From Peribolospora baueri (Eukaryota): a stretch of 64,000 bases of DNA. The notes below the pieces were generated by a model that was given only the letters and a program-made list of their open reading frames with translations, was not told the origin of the DNA and searched no databases. The stretch's first letter is position 1. Each line of letters opens with the position of its first letter. The DNA lies in assembly GCA_029717555.1 (NCBI GenBank), contig JAMDHS010000021.1, positions 186,001 through 250,000 on the forward strand. Direction: 5' to 3'. The translations under genes were made by a program, and so were the position numbers. Below are positions 10,907-23,400 of the stretch, piece after piece.

Positions 10907-13900
10907 ATGCTTCCGGCTCATGCCGCGACGCAGCCCCACGTCGGCCCCGGCGGTCCGCAGAGGATGGCACCTCATGGCCAGCCCATGATCGTACAGCCAC
11001 CGCACAAGGGCACCCTCGCGCCTGGCACCAAGGTGCGGGTCGGGGGCGTGAGCGTCCTCGTGGAGAGGTATCTCAGCGAGGGTGAGTTGGACGCCGTCAT
11101 GAGCGATCGGCGGTCTCGAAGATTCAGGCCCTCTGCCGCCCATCACCGGCACGTAGACCTCTCCGTCTCGCTCGTATACGAGTTATGCTCATCCGCACTC
11201 TTGGTTGCCTACCATTGCACGTCTCGTCTCGTGCTGCTCTCCAGGCGGATTTGCCCACGTCTATCTCGTCCGCTCCTCCTTCCCCATCCCTATTCCCACT
11301 GTCACAGGACGGCCCGCGAGCACGACGCAGCACGTCCTCAAGCGCATGGCCGTGCCGGACAAGGAGAGTTTGGCAATCGTGCGCAACGAGGTCGAAGTCA
11401 TGGTAAGTCAGTCGGTTGCGCGGATGAGTGCAGTACTCTTCCTTGGAAGACGTCCCACTGATTTCCTCTTCCCTTCGCCGTCGTCCGTGTCGCCATGCCC
11501 CTCCAGAAACTGCTCCGCAACCAACCGTACATTGTTCATTTCATCGAAGCATCGGCGACCGCCCTAACAGGGTCGCTGCAAGGCTATGAAGTGTTTATCC
11601 TTATGGAATACTGTACCGGTGAGTGTGCTTTGAGGCACAAGGCTCGCGTCGCACATTGCTGTTGTCCAACTGGCCTCATATTCGTGTCCTTCTTCTCGTC
11701 TTTCTCTCTCCACAAGGGGGCGGCATCATCGACTTTATGAACTCTCGGCTCAGGGATCGTTTACGGGAGCACGAGGTTTTGAAGATCTTTGGTGACGTGT
11801 GCGAAGTGAGTCGTAGACGATCCGGCGTGTTCCGAACCACTCGTCCATTCCCCGCTCACATTTCGCCCTCCTCTAGGGCCTCGCTGTGATGCACCACCTC
11901 AGCCCACCGATGATGCATCGAGACCTTAAGGTGGAAAACATCCTTCTCTCCCCTCCATCTATGACTATCGGCACCACGCAGCCGACCTACAAGCTATGCG
12001 ACTTTGGCTCGTCAGCGCCTGTGCTCTCTCGCAAGCCGCCGAGCAGCATCGCCGAGTGCCAAAAGATTGAACAAGACCTCAATAGACATACCACATTGCA
12101 ATATCGCGCCCCTGAGATGGTGGACGTCTACCAACGAAGGGTGATAGACGAGAAAGCCGGTAAGGAAAAGTCGCATCTTCCGTTCCCTCGTTGATTCTCA
12201 GCGTCCTGACGCATCGTGTCGTGTTTGTCCGTGCCATTCGGTAGACATCTGGGCCCTCGGCGTGCTGCTGTACAAGTTGTGCTATTATACCACCCCTTTC
12301 GAGGAGAACGGCGGCGGGCCCCTCGCGATCCTCAACGTCCAATATCGGATACCCCCTCAACCCGTCTATTCACAAGGCTTGAAGGAGCTGATCGGTGCGC
12401 TGCCAGTGCTATCGGACCGTCGAACGCTCCTCGGCCTGTCTTCCGGTTACTGACTCAAAGGTCTCGCCTCCTGCTCTTTTCAGCGACCCTCTTGCGCGAT
12501 CAGTCTTCTCAGCGACCTTCGATCGACGAAGTGTTGATGATGGTGCACCGACTACGAGGCACCAAGCCGTCCTCTGCCCTTCTTCAACGCCTCAATGCTT
12601 CGCAGCCGTCCATTTCCAAGCCCCTCCCCGATCCTTCCGCAAGGCCTCAGCGCCGGCCGGATGACACTGCCAACCTCATCTCGTTCGCGCCATCCGCGGT
12701 TGATCAGCAAAGAGCTGTGGACGAGGCTGTGAAAAAGGCCAACGAGAGTATCGTGCCTATGAGGAGAGGAAGGCCAGCCAGAGCTAAGGCCGAGGATGGG
12801 TCCGCGAAAACGACAGGTGCCAAGGCGAGCATAAATGTGACCGGAGAGGATGTGGCCTCCGACGACAAGGTGTGGACCGGCATGGGAAAGACGGCCATCA
12901 ACGGCGCTGCCTCCTCAACGACACCTGGAGCAACGGCCGGCTTCGGTGGTTTCGGCGACTCGTTCGCGCCCTTGCCCGTCCCGACTGGCGACCGCTCTCG
13001 GCTGGCCACGCCAGCAGCCACGGGCTCCGGCAAGACTTCTCCTAGCGTTCCCCCGGTGGCTTATTCGCCCGCTTTGCCCGGCTTCTCTCCTACCCCTTCC
13101 GGGATGACTGGAGTGGGGCCCACCACCACGTCTGCTTCAGCGTCGGCGTTGACCGCCAACGTCTTGGAGCGCACGCCGGGCGACGATTCCGCCAGCACGC
13201 GCTTCCCAAGCATCGAAGAGCTCGATGCCTCCTTCGCTGGATCGGGCGACGGAACTGTCTCCAACAAGCGGCCGTCGCCTTCTCTTCCAATCCCCACAGC
13301 CGCCGCTGCCTCTCCCCCCGTTCCTGCCACCGAGGTCAAACCTGCGTCGATCACCTCCAGCGTCTCCGCCACTGCTAAGCGCTTCGGCGGAGGATTGCCG
13401 ACCAGCCGAATCGGTGCGTTCTCCCCTCCAATGTCCACTTCTGCGTCAGACGACCTTCCCAAGCCTCCCCTGTCAGTTCGTGGCAAGCCGAGCCAGGACG
13501 CGACAGTGTCGTCGGGCTTCGGAGACGACTTTTCGACCTTCCAGCCTTGGGAGGCTTCGGAAAAGCGGCCTCCAAGCCCTGGTTTGACTTCTAAGGCAGA
13601 CACCGGCGCGAGCGGGCAAGTGAACGCGATGACGATGGCAGGCCGGTTCGGAGGCGTGGTGCCTGGCGCGGTCGCCGGCAAAGAGTATTCGTCGTTGGCC
13701 TCCGAGCGGGCTTCTCAGCGCTGGCCGCCGCGGTCGAGCGACGATGACGCGGCCAACAAATTGCGCAATCGCCGGACGTTTCACATCCCCTCCGACGCCG
13801 CGAAGACCATTGCGGCTTCTTTCCAGGTCGGCAAGGATGTCGCCGGGCGACCGGGTCCGGCCACTCTCGGCATCGCGTCGAAAGGTACAAGTCCAGGACA

Positions 13901-15764
13901 GGACTGGCTCACCGGAGACGTGACCCCTACCCCGCCACCGAGCTCGCTGTCTGACGCCGCTTCAAAGGCATCGAGACCGGAACTCAAGTCGGTTTTCTCC
14001 AACGAGTCCACCATCTCTATCCCTTCGCGTCCGTCGTTGCCTTCCACCTCGTCCAGCAGCTCCGTGCCGGCTCCCGCGGACGAAGTCGGTACGAACGTTC
14101 GGCCTACCGACGTCAAGGCGAAGAGTGAATGGAGGAAGGAGGTCGAACCAACCTCATCTGCCGCTTCGGCATCCTACAAGGCGGAGTACAGACCGCCTCT
14201 GCCTGCTAGGCGACGGTCGACGCAAAACTTGACGGCGAACAGGGGTCATGTTGACGGCGGTCTTTCTGGTCTATCGAGGACGACGGTGGACGGGCGCCGC
14301 GGCCAGAATGGTCCCAAGTACAAACTGCCGGTCATCAGTCCAGATACGAGTGACGCCGGATCGAGCGGAGACGATGACGGGCCCGAAGACGCTATGGGTG
14401 TGCGGACGCGGAGAGGTTCGCGACGGTTGTCTTCTCTGCACGACGGTCGTCCTGGCGGAAGTGGGGACACCAAAAGGGACAAGTTCGATACGAGCTCGTC
14501 CTCGCCGATCAAGGCGGACAGCAAGCGCGTCTCTCCTGTCGGACCTCCGACGGCTCAGCTGATTGACTTTGGCTCGCGATCCGACTCGCTCTCCACGCCG
14601 GCCCGCTCGTCAGACCGCGTCAAGGTCGAATCGACGGCGAAGACGGGCAACCTGCTCGACCTCGATGACGACGATGCTCCGGCTGCCGCACCGTCCAAGA
14701 GCCCTGAGCCCTTGGTCGATGAGGACTCGTCTACCAAGCCGAAGCCGCCGACGAAGCCGGTCAGCCTCCGTCTCTCCGACCGACCCCTCGCCGCGAGTGC
14801 TACTCTCGCTTCGCCAGCCCTCACGAGCCCCGGTCAGCAACTGCTTTCTAGCCGCGGAACAGATATCACCCAAGGGGACGGTCCACCTCCGGTGAGCCCT
14901 GTCCCTAGGCGAAGGAAAGATTCCATATCGGAAATCGTCAGCCGGTACGAGAGCATGTCTGTGTCGTCAACCGGTTCGGCCAGCTTGCCTCGTGACGATC
15001 GGGCTTCCGTTTCGAAGAGTTCACCCTCGGCGCCCAAGAATGCGGCTTCCGGGGCCTTGGACAGGATCTCAGCGGCCAGACCGAGCTTGGAGCGATCGGC
15101 GTCGGAGACGGTCGCCGCCGAACGGGAGCCGGACACCGGGGACTTCAAACGGCGCTTCCCGGAAGTGGATCGCCTCGATGACGATGGCGTGCTCGAGCGA
15201 GCGCAGCAGAGCGTGGGACGGAAGAAGGACCAAGAGCTGATTACGGCCCAGGACACGTCTCGTACGACCATCCCGACTGTCACGACTGCGATCGCCTCTC
15301 CTCCCTCCTCTTCCGCACCTGCGCCTCGCCGTGCGCTCTCGCCTCCCTCTGAGCGTTCGCAGGCTTCGGAGAAAGAAGGTGTGGCGCGCTCGCCCTCTCC
15401 GCCGCCTCCCAAGCCACGCTCTCTGCCCAAGAGGAGCTCCATCGTTCACAACAGGCAGCAATTCCTCAATAGCGTCCATCAAAGCGACTGGGCCGCGACC
15501 TTCGGAGGCGACGCCAAGTCGTCGCACGGCGGCGCCGACGAGTCGACGCCTTCTCCGCTTCCATCCAAATCCGCCTCCGCTTCCTCCCCTCCCACCCCGC
15601 GCAACAAACCCTCGACGTCAGGCACGAATCTGAAGCCGTGGGAGCGAGAAGAAGAGGAACGGCGCGCTGCCGGAGGAAAGGTGGAAGACCACTCGGGTAT
15701 GCCAGAGGATGAGCGGTTCAAGGGCGTTGGCAGTCTTATCAATCGGTGGCAGGCGGCCAAATAA
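10907..15764 (+). CDS. NAK-family (Ark1/Prk1/Akl1, AAK1-like) Ser/Thr kinase with a long low-complexity C-terminal tail
   Basis: [94 protein letters not shown]. The Ser/Pro-rich tail ends [15 protein letters not shown]. Confidence 0.93.
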
Positions 15765-16419
15765 GCCTGATTCGGCGCAGGACGGAGACAGAATGGATGG
15801 TTGAGCGTGCGGACGAGATGGCGTGTGGGGGGGAAATGCAGCCGGGGAAGAGTTAGCTTTTGGTTTCGAGACGTTGGATCGTAACGATCCGCTCAGAGCC
15901 TATGTCCTCTTTACTTTCGATTTTCTTCTCTTTTTATCTTCTCTTTTCTTGGATCGCATCGCCCTTGGACTCTCACTACCCATGTTGAGGGACGTTTTGG
16001 TTTGGTTGGCCAGGTTCGGTGGTTCCGCACTCTTCACCACCGCTGTGCGTTCATGTCTATTCCTCGCAAGAAATTCTCCTAGACGTCCCTTCTATACTTC
16101 CCACGAATGCTACCCTGCGATGCCCACATACCATTCCCAGCTCCAATCTCGCGCATAATCAATCTGTGACCCAACGTCTTCCAGCGGAGGTGGACCGTGC
16201 CCGCCCCCGCCCAATCGGGTGCACGTGATCGCAAGTTCTGAGCTGAACCGCGAAGCGTTTCTTCCCTTCTCTCTCCCTCGAAATAGACTTGGAAGGCCAG
16301 TGACATCCATCCCCGGAGCTGGCGCACGTCCTCTCCAGGCCCGTCTCGTCTCATCCCGTTTCCGGTTCGCGACTGCACGATCAGCTGGGAACCTTCATCT
16401 GCGTCTGCGTCCGCCGGTC

Positions 16420-19400
16420 ATGACGGACGTCCCTCGCTTCCGTCCAGCTTGCGCTTCGCGTAGCGTCGACTACTCGAAAGACGCCGATGAAGCGGAGGAG
16501 GAGGGAGAGCACTCCAGTGACATTGGCTACGATCAGGGTGCGTACGAGGTGATGCAGGAGCTGGGAGGGCCGGTGCAGACTGGACCCTTCGGCGACGACG
16601 GGCTGCGCGATGATGACCGGATCGCCGAGCTCGCTGGTCGGGACGGTGGCGGCGCGTCGTACACGTTCGGAGCAAACGGTGAAGATTCCAATTGGTCGCG
16701 CTCCGCTGCTCTTTTCCAGAGCGCTTCCGGTACTTGCGACACCGCCCAGGACCACCCGACCGCTGCCTTCAGCTCGTCAAAGCGCGCGGCCAAGGCAATC
16801 CTCGCGGACGAAAGTCGGAACCCGTTCCTGGACAATGGGGAAGAGCCACCGGTGCCGGGGCCGAGTGCCTCGTATTTGCGACCTCACGCCTATGCGCAGA
16901 GAAATCGGGCGCCCACGCTCCAGGACAAGTCTGAATACAACCAACGCCTCGCACGACTCTCTGCGGAGATCAAGTCTGTAGATGAGCAGATCCGTGAATT
17001 AGAAGCGCTCCGAGAAAGCCTAAAAAGGGAGAAGGAAGAGGTAGAGAGAGAGGCTGAGGGCGCTTGGAACGCTGCTGCTGCGCGAGCTTCGGCTTTCGTG
17101 GTCGAGGATGGGCGTGGAAAGGCCAAGGGGAAGGAAAGGAGCATCGATTATATGAAGACGGGGTGGGAGTGGGATGCGGATGTGAAGTGAGTTCAAGGAG
17201 CGCTTCAAGGGTGCCTCGGCGATCCTCACTGACAGCGATCTACCCTTACGATGGACATCCATATCGCAGGGCCACCCTCTCCAAAGTCTGGGGTATTCAC
17301 TCCTTCCGTCTTTGCCAAGAGGGAGTCGTCAATGCTGCACTTCACAACCGACATCTCGTCGTAGTCATGCCTACGGGTGAGTGAATGCGCTCAGTTCATT
17401 CTATCGATCGATCGTCTCGTCCGTCGAGCAACCGCTAGTTTCAGACGGCTAACCCCCCTTGCTTCAACGGCAATACACATGCGCAGGAGGGGGCAAATCC
17501 CTCACCTACCAGCTGCCTGCGGTGCTAACCCACGGTACGACGCTTGTAATCTCACCCCTAATATCACTCATCTCCGACCAGATCATCCACCTCCATGAAG
17601 CTGGTGTCAATGCCGTCATGCTCACCGGGTCGACCTCTCGAGAAGAGACTACCAGGATCCTCAGGACGCTTGCCCATGGTGGCAAAGGTCGGAACATCAA
17701 GGGGGATCGAAAGGGGATACGTGCGATGCATATGGACGAAGACGAGGAGGAGGAGGGAGATATCAAGCTGGTGTACGTCACGCCGGAGAAGGTAGCTCAG
17801 AGCAAGAGATTTCTGGGTGCTTTGGAGAAGGTGGCGCAAGCGGGTAGATTGAGTGAGTGAGCTTTGTTTTCGTGGGTGCGAAGCTTGCTTGTGCTCCTTC
17901 TGTTGATCCGCTTGGGTTTCGTCTCCTCGTCGGGTTCTAGGTCGGATCGTCATTGATGAGGCGCACTGCTGTAGCCAGGTGGGTTTAAAAGCACGGAACG
18001 TCCTCTCTCCCAGCCTGATATCTGACAGCGAATGTTTTTGAACCTTAAAAATGTCGTAGATGGGCCATGACTTCCGTCCAGACTATCGAAAGCTTACCAT
18101 CTTACGCAAAGTCTGCCCCACCGTCCCCGTGATGTGTCTGACAGCGACGTTGAGTTCCTTTTTTTTTTTTTTTCCCAAGTCCTGGAAGTCTTTTGTTAAT
18201 CTGTTTTCGTCTTCACATCGGCGTAGCTGCGGCCCGAAGGTGCTCCGCGACCTCATCAAGGTCCTGCAACTGCCGCCGATCACGGACGGCCGAAGCGCCA
18301 ATACGACGGGCACGATTTTCTTTTCTGCACCACTCTACCGTAAGCTCGCCTCTGTATACCTTCAAGCCTTCTCTAGGCAAGTTAGCCGACGCCCCTGGTT
18401 CACCTCAAATGCTTTGTTTTTAGGTGAAAACTTGAGATACGGCGTAGCGCTCAAACCCTCCAGCTCCCAGGCGGCTATAGCTGCCATTGCCGATTGGATA
18501 CTCAAGTTCTATCCTAGTCAGAGCGGCATCGTCTACTGTTTGAGTCAGAAGGTCCGTGGCCGGTATCTCTCCTTTGAGTCTCCGTAACCTTTTGATTGCG
18601 TTTTGAAGTCGTCTTTACGTTCGCCATTTAAGGATTCCGAGGGCATGGCAGCCGGCTTGGAGGAAATGAGCGGAAGGAAAATCCGTACAGGCATTTGTGA
18701 GTATATTTTATGCTGTTGTTTTCTCTCCGACAACAACGGCAAAGATATCCTTTTCCTTCTTCCGTGACGTTAATCGCACCCTTCTAAATGCCGGATTCAT
18801 CCTTAGATCACGCCGACCGCCCAGCTGAGGAGAAAGAGGCGATACACGAGCGTTGGCGGAGTGGGAAGCTGCATGTCGTGTGCGCAACCATTGCCTTTGG
18901 CATGGGTGCGTTATGCTCCCTACAGGGGCTCAACCCCTAGTATGGCGTGGCTTTGCTTATCGTGTCGTTGTTTTCCCAAACTCACACAGGCATCGACAAG
19001 GCAGACGTTCGTTTCGTGATACATCACTCATTGAGTCGGTCGATAGAGAGCTACTACCAGGAAACCGGCCGGGCCGGCAGGGACGGAAATATTGCGTCCT
19101 GCCTGCTGTGGTATCGAGCGCAAGATGCCACGCGAATGACTTCATTGCTCGCAAACGATGTTGAGGGTCAACAAAAGAGTATGCTTCAGAGGTTCAGCAG
19201 GGTGCGATCTGAACGAGCACTAACGTTATTCCATCGTTCCCTGACCACAGTACGGTCCATGCTGCGCTATGCCCAGTCCACGCTCTGTCGAAAACGTCTC
19301 TTTTCAGACTACTTCGGCGGCTACTCCTCAACGGTGTCTTCCTTCGACCCGGGAGGGCCGACGGAATGCGGCCACTGCGACAACTGCACCTTGGAGAAGC

Positions 19401-20227
19401 AAGGCGAGCCGACGGACTTCACATTCCAAGCGTGGAAGATCTTAAAGGTGCTCGAAAAGGTCGACAAGGAGGGTGGCCGACTCACTCTCGGGCAACTCGT
19501 CGATCTTGTGCGGGGCCTCGGCGGTGCGAGCTTTACGGTCTCGCGCAAGTCTGAGGGCCGCCGCTCCAAAGTCAACGAGAAGGAACAGCTGGACCTGCAA
19601 GCTATCGTCGGTGGCAAGGTGGCACTGACGAAAGAGGTGAACTGTTACTTACCCTGGAGACGTCACCATTCTACAGTGGTGCTCACTCAATTCGTCATCT
19701 TTCAGGTTGTCGAATATCTGCTCGTGGAAATGTTCCTCCAGGGGTACCTAGAAGAGTCCTACGGTTCCACGGCGTACTCGATCAACTCGTACCTCGTACC
19801 CAGCCCTCGCGTCATACGCTTCACTCGACTCACGCTGCCAGAGGCACAGCGTGCGACCGGTCTCTTTACCGTCTCACTGCACCCTGCTCTCACAGGAAAG
19901 AGTACTAGCATGAGCTCTTCCCGTTCCAACGCACGAGAAACCCCAACTACCGGCAAGAAGATAAAGGGGAAAAGGACCGGCGATGTTGACGGGCACGTCC
20001 TCTCAGGGGACGACGACGACGGCGACGAGACGCCGGTACGGGCCACCGCGCCTCGGCGAGAGACGAAGAGAGTGTTGTCATCGTCGTCTGAGGGCGGTTC
20101 AGAATGGGAGGTTGTAGCCAGCACCGCATCACGTCCTCCGGCCAAAGCGGCAAGACGGAACAGTGGGAGGAAGGCCAAGAATGCAGGGCGGGGTCCAGTT
20201 CAGGAAGTCGTCGAGGTTTCGGATTAG
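16420..20227 (+). CDS. RecQ-family DNA helicase (RECQL1-like)
   Basis: FRLCQEGVVNA..VVMPTG|GGKSLTYQLPA, LVYVTPEK, IVIDEAHCCSQ|MGHDFRPDY, SGIVYCLSQK, ATIAFGMG|IDKADVRFVIH, YYQETGRAGRDG, RQC Zn motif CRK..CGHCDNC. N-terminal coiled coil as in RECQL1. Confidence 0.93.
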
Positions 20228-20489
20228 CACTTCCCGATGCTTTCATGGCGCCCCTCGGACCTCCTTCTTTCGATCGACCCCTCGGGTTGAGCGTGGAGAA
20301 CATTCTCGATGATGGAGACGTCTTGTATGAATAAGGAATAGACCGTTCCGTTCCCGAGTACATATGCAAAAGACGGGCTGGGCTGGCTTTGCTCGTGATG
20401 GCATGTGCGCACGGCTTGCTATTTTACATGACGACTGGTACTGACAGAGAAAAGGCTGGTGAGCTGGAGGGGGAAGATGAGACCCGCGT

Positions 20490-23400
20490 TCACGCGACTG
20501 AGGGTACGGGCAGCGGGAGGCGAACATCGAACGAGCCAGTGCCGCTTTTGGTGGCCATGCCCATGACGATACTGGCCGATGGAGAACGGAGGTCATCGAA
20601 GTCACCGTTGATCGTCGAGTCGGCTATGACGGCCCCCGTCGTCTCGAAGGAAGCCTTGAGCAGCGGTGATGAGTTACCAGCGATGCCTGTGCGGTTGAAC
20701 GGCCGGTAGCCGCCTCCAAACGTCTATGATGCGAAAGAAATGAATGGTGACGAGCTCAGTTTCTGAACCGAAAGCTCGACGGAGAAGCTGAGTAATACAC
20801 TCACCATGTAGTCTGCGATGAGAGACAGGTGGCGATACGACACTTGAATGCCGTACGGCCCGAAGATACCCCGCATCTCCGTGAGAATGGCCTGGCGGGC
20901 AGCCTCGACGCCGTACGTGCGCAGGATGGCAGCCACGTCGTTCGAGTAAATCTTGTTGAGATCTACGAGGCCGAAGCCGTACTCCCAGATTCCTTTGAAG
21001 TTGCAGCCTTCAGACTCAAATGAAGGCTAAGGGAGAGGAAATGACAAGCATGAGTAATTCATGACTCCATGGACAGCAATCCGCAAAGAGCTACTCACTG
21101 GCTCATCGCCCTTGGTTCGCTTCTTGAGCATGCGCGAGATGCCTGGCAACTCATGAAGAACCGACATACGACATGCTCGCTCGACTACGTTCACCAACAG
21201 CAGCTTCTGAGTCTTTGATGGGACCTGTAGGTAAGAGGATAACGTTACACATCAGCGCAAAGAAACGAAGAAATTAACCGTCCGCCTTTCATACAACTCA
21301 CCTGAAGCTCAAACTCGGCCCACGCGCTCCTCTTGACGTCGAAGGCAAAGCGAGTGATGTATTTCGAAGATGAGATGAATTCCTCCTGCATCTCAGCCAC
21401 CTTGGCAGCCAAGTCCTCAAAGTTGGGGTTGATGTCCTTCATGTCGACGTCCTCGTCGCCGTCATCCGCATCGTCGCCATCGCCTTCATCCGCGAAAGCG
21501 GCCTCGATGTCCTCCGCGTTGTATTCACCCTCATGTTCGTCGTCTTCGGAAGAATCCTCATCGTAATTGGCGCCGTCATTAGCACGCGACCTGCGCTTGG
21601 CTTCATCTGCGTCGCCATCACCAGCGTCCGATACGTCGTCATCACCATCAGGATCGTCCAAGTCGTCGACATCCGCCGCGCTCTTTGTCTTGTTGGGCTG
21701 CTCGTCCTCTTCGTTGTTGGCGGCTACTGAACCGTCGGAAACGGTCTGACCCTTGCCCACCTGAGCGGCCTGGGACTTCGCCTCGCGCATGTTCTTCCGC
21801 ATCTCCTTCAAAATCTCGCGATCAAGGATGGAAACGAAGGTGGAATGAATCCCCGCCAGGACGTTGGCCGTATCGGCGTTGTACTCGGCTAGGCACTCCT
21901 CCCTGGGGAAGAACTTGAGCCTTATCGTATATGTCTTTGGCCTAGTGAAGCTGTTCTCCGCGGACTTTGGCGCAAGGCGCTCAGTGACAACAGCTTCCTC
22001 GACGACCTGGGACAAGAGCAAGCGCGTCCCGTCCTTGCAGAACATATCCGCCGTGTCCTGAGCCAGGCCCTCAAGGTAAGGCAGCGTCATCACTGGCGTC
22101 TTGATGTGGGACGAAGCGGTCATGACGATTTCACGCAGACGCGGGATACCGAGAGTGACGTTCGCGGCACCGTGTCCTGCGAAGTGGAACGTGTTCAGGG
22201 TCATCTGCGTCGACGGCTCGCCGATACTGAAGACATAGAAACGCAGACCTAGATCAGCCATCACCGCTTCGTCGCCAGATAGCACGTATCAGTACATACC
22301 CTTGAGCTGCCAACAAGCCCACAGCCTCGCCCGGTTCGACGAGACTCCGCAAATAGAGAACTTTAGCCAAGCTCCTGAAGTGATCGGCAGGGACTTGCTC
22401 TTTGAGGCGCTTGGGTTGGGGACCTCCTTCCTCTCCCTTCTTCTTGTCCTTCTCCTTGTCCTTCTTCTTGCGCTTCTTCTCCGCCAGTAGCTTGGACGGG
22501 TTCTCCGAAGCGTACTTCTCCACTTCCGCCGCGAACCTCTCCGACATGACGCCGAGGCTCTTGGACAAGGAGAATTTGGAGAGCGCAGGCGAGTACTTTT
22601 CCGGCTTCTTGAGAGCCTTTTTCATGTACTCTGGTGCTTCGTCAGCCTCCATGAGGCCCATGAGCTGCTTCGGCTTGTATCGATTAACGAAGGACGAGAA
22701 GTTCTGCGCGGTGAAGTCATGGTTATCGAGCGACTTCGCCTTCGTTGTGTCCAGCGCGTCCTCGCCGTAGTGAAACTGGAGAATGGACGAGTCGCTGTTC
22801 CTGACGGTATAGTCGTAATGCACGCGCACGCCCTCGAGGTGCTTGATCAGACATCGCTGGAGGTAACCAGATCGGGAGGTCTTGACGGCCGTGTCGATGA
22901 GTCCCTCACGTCCAGCCATGCAGTGGAAGTAGTACTCCTGGGGTCGGATTCCTGTCAAAAAGCGTTGGGCAACGAAACCACCAGCGCGGAGAGCCGTCTC
23001 GTAGGGCTTGAAGGAAGGCAGAGTCTTCCCGCTGACCATGACCGGCACGCGACGACCTTCGAGCGACTGAGCTCCGAGCAGACAGGAGATCTGGGATGCG
23101 TTGACGTTCGAACCCTTGGCGCCGGACAGGACCATGGCCTGCATGTGGTTATCGGGGAATTTACGGACGAGGCCCTTCGGCAGACAAGTCTTGATGACGG
23201 ACGAGGACACCTCGTTTGCTGCGCTTGTCATTTCGCTATCCAAGACGGCAGCCTGACTGTCATCACGAATGACCTCCTCAAGTCGAACCTTGAGGTTCCG
23301 AATAGCTTTAGACTTGTCTAGGTTGGCGGTTTCGAGGCCGACCATCCTCATCGCCGTGGTCATGCCAGATCCCTCCCCTTCATTCAGAACATCTCGTCGC

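Noticed and set aside
12704..15760. Many long antisense and alternative-frame ORFs in the ORF track (also over RPA190, seipin and the bromodomain gene)
   Set aside because: They are shadows of GC-rich coding exons with no domains; the real genes are explained by spliced models.
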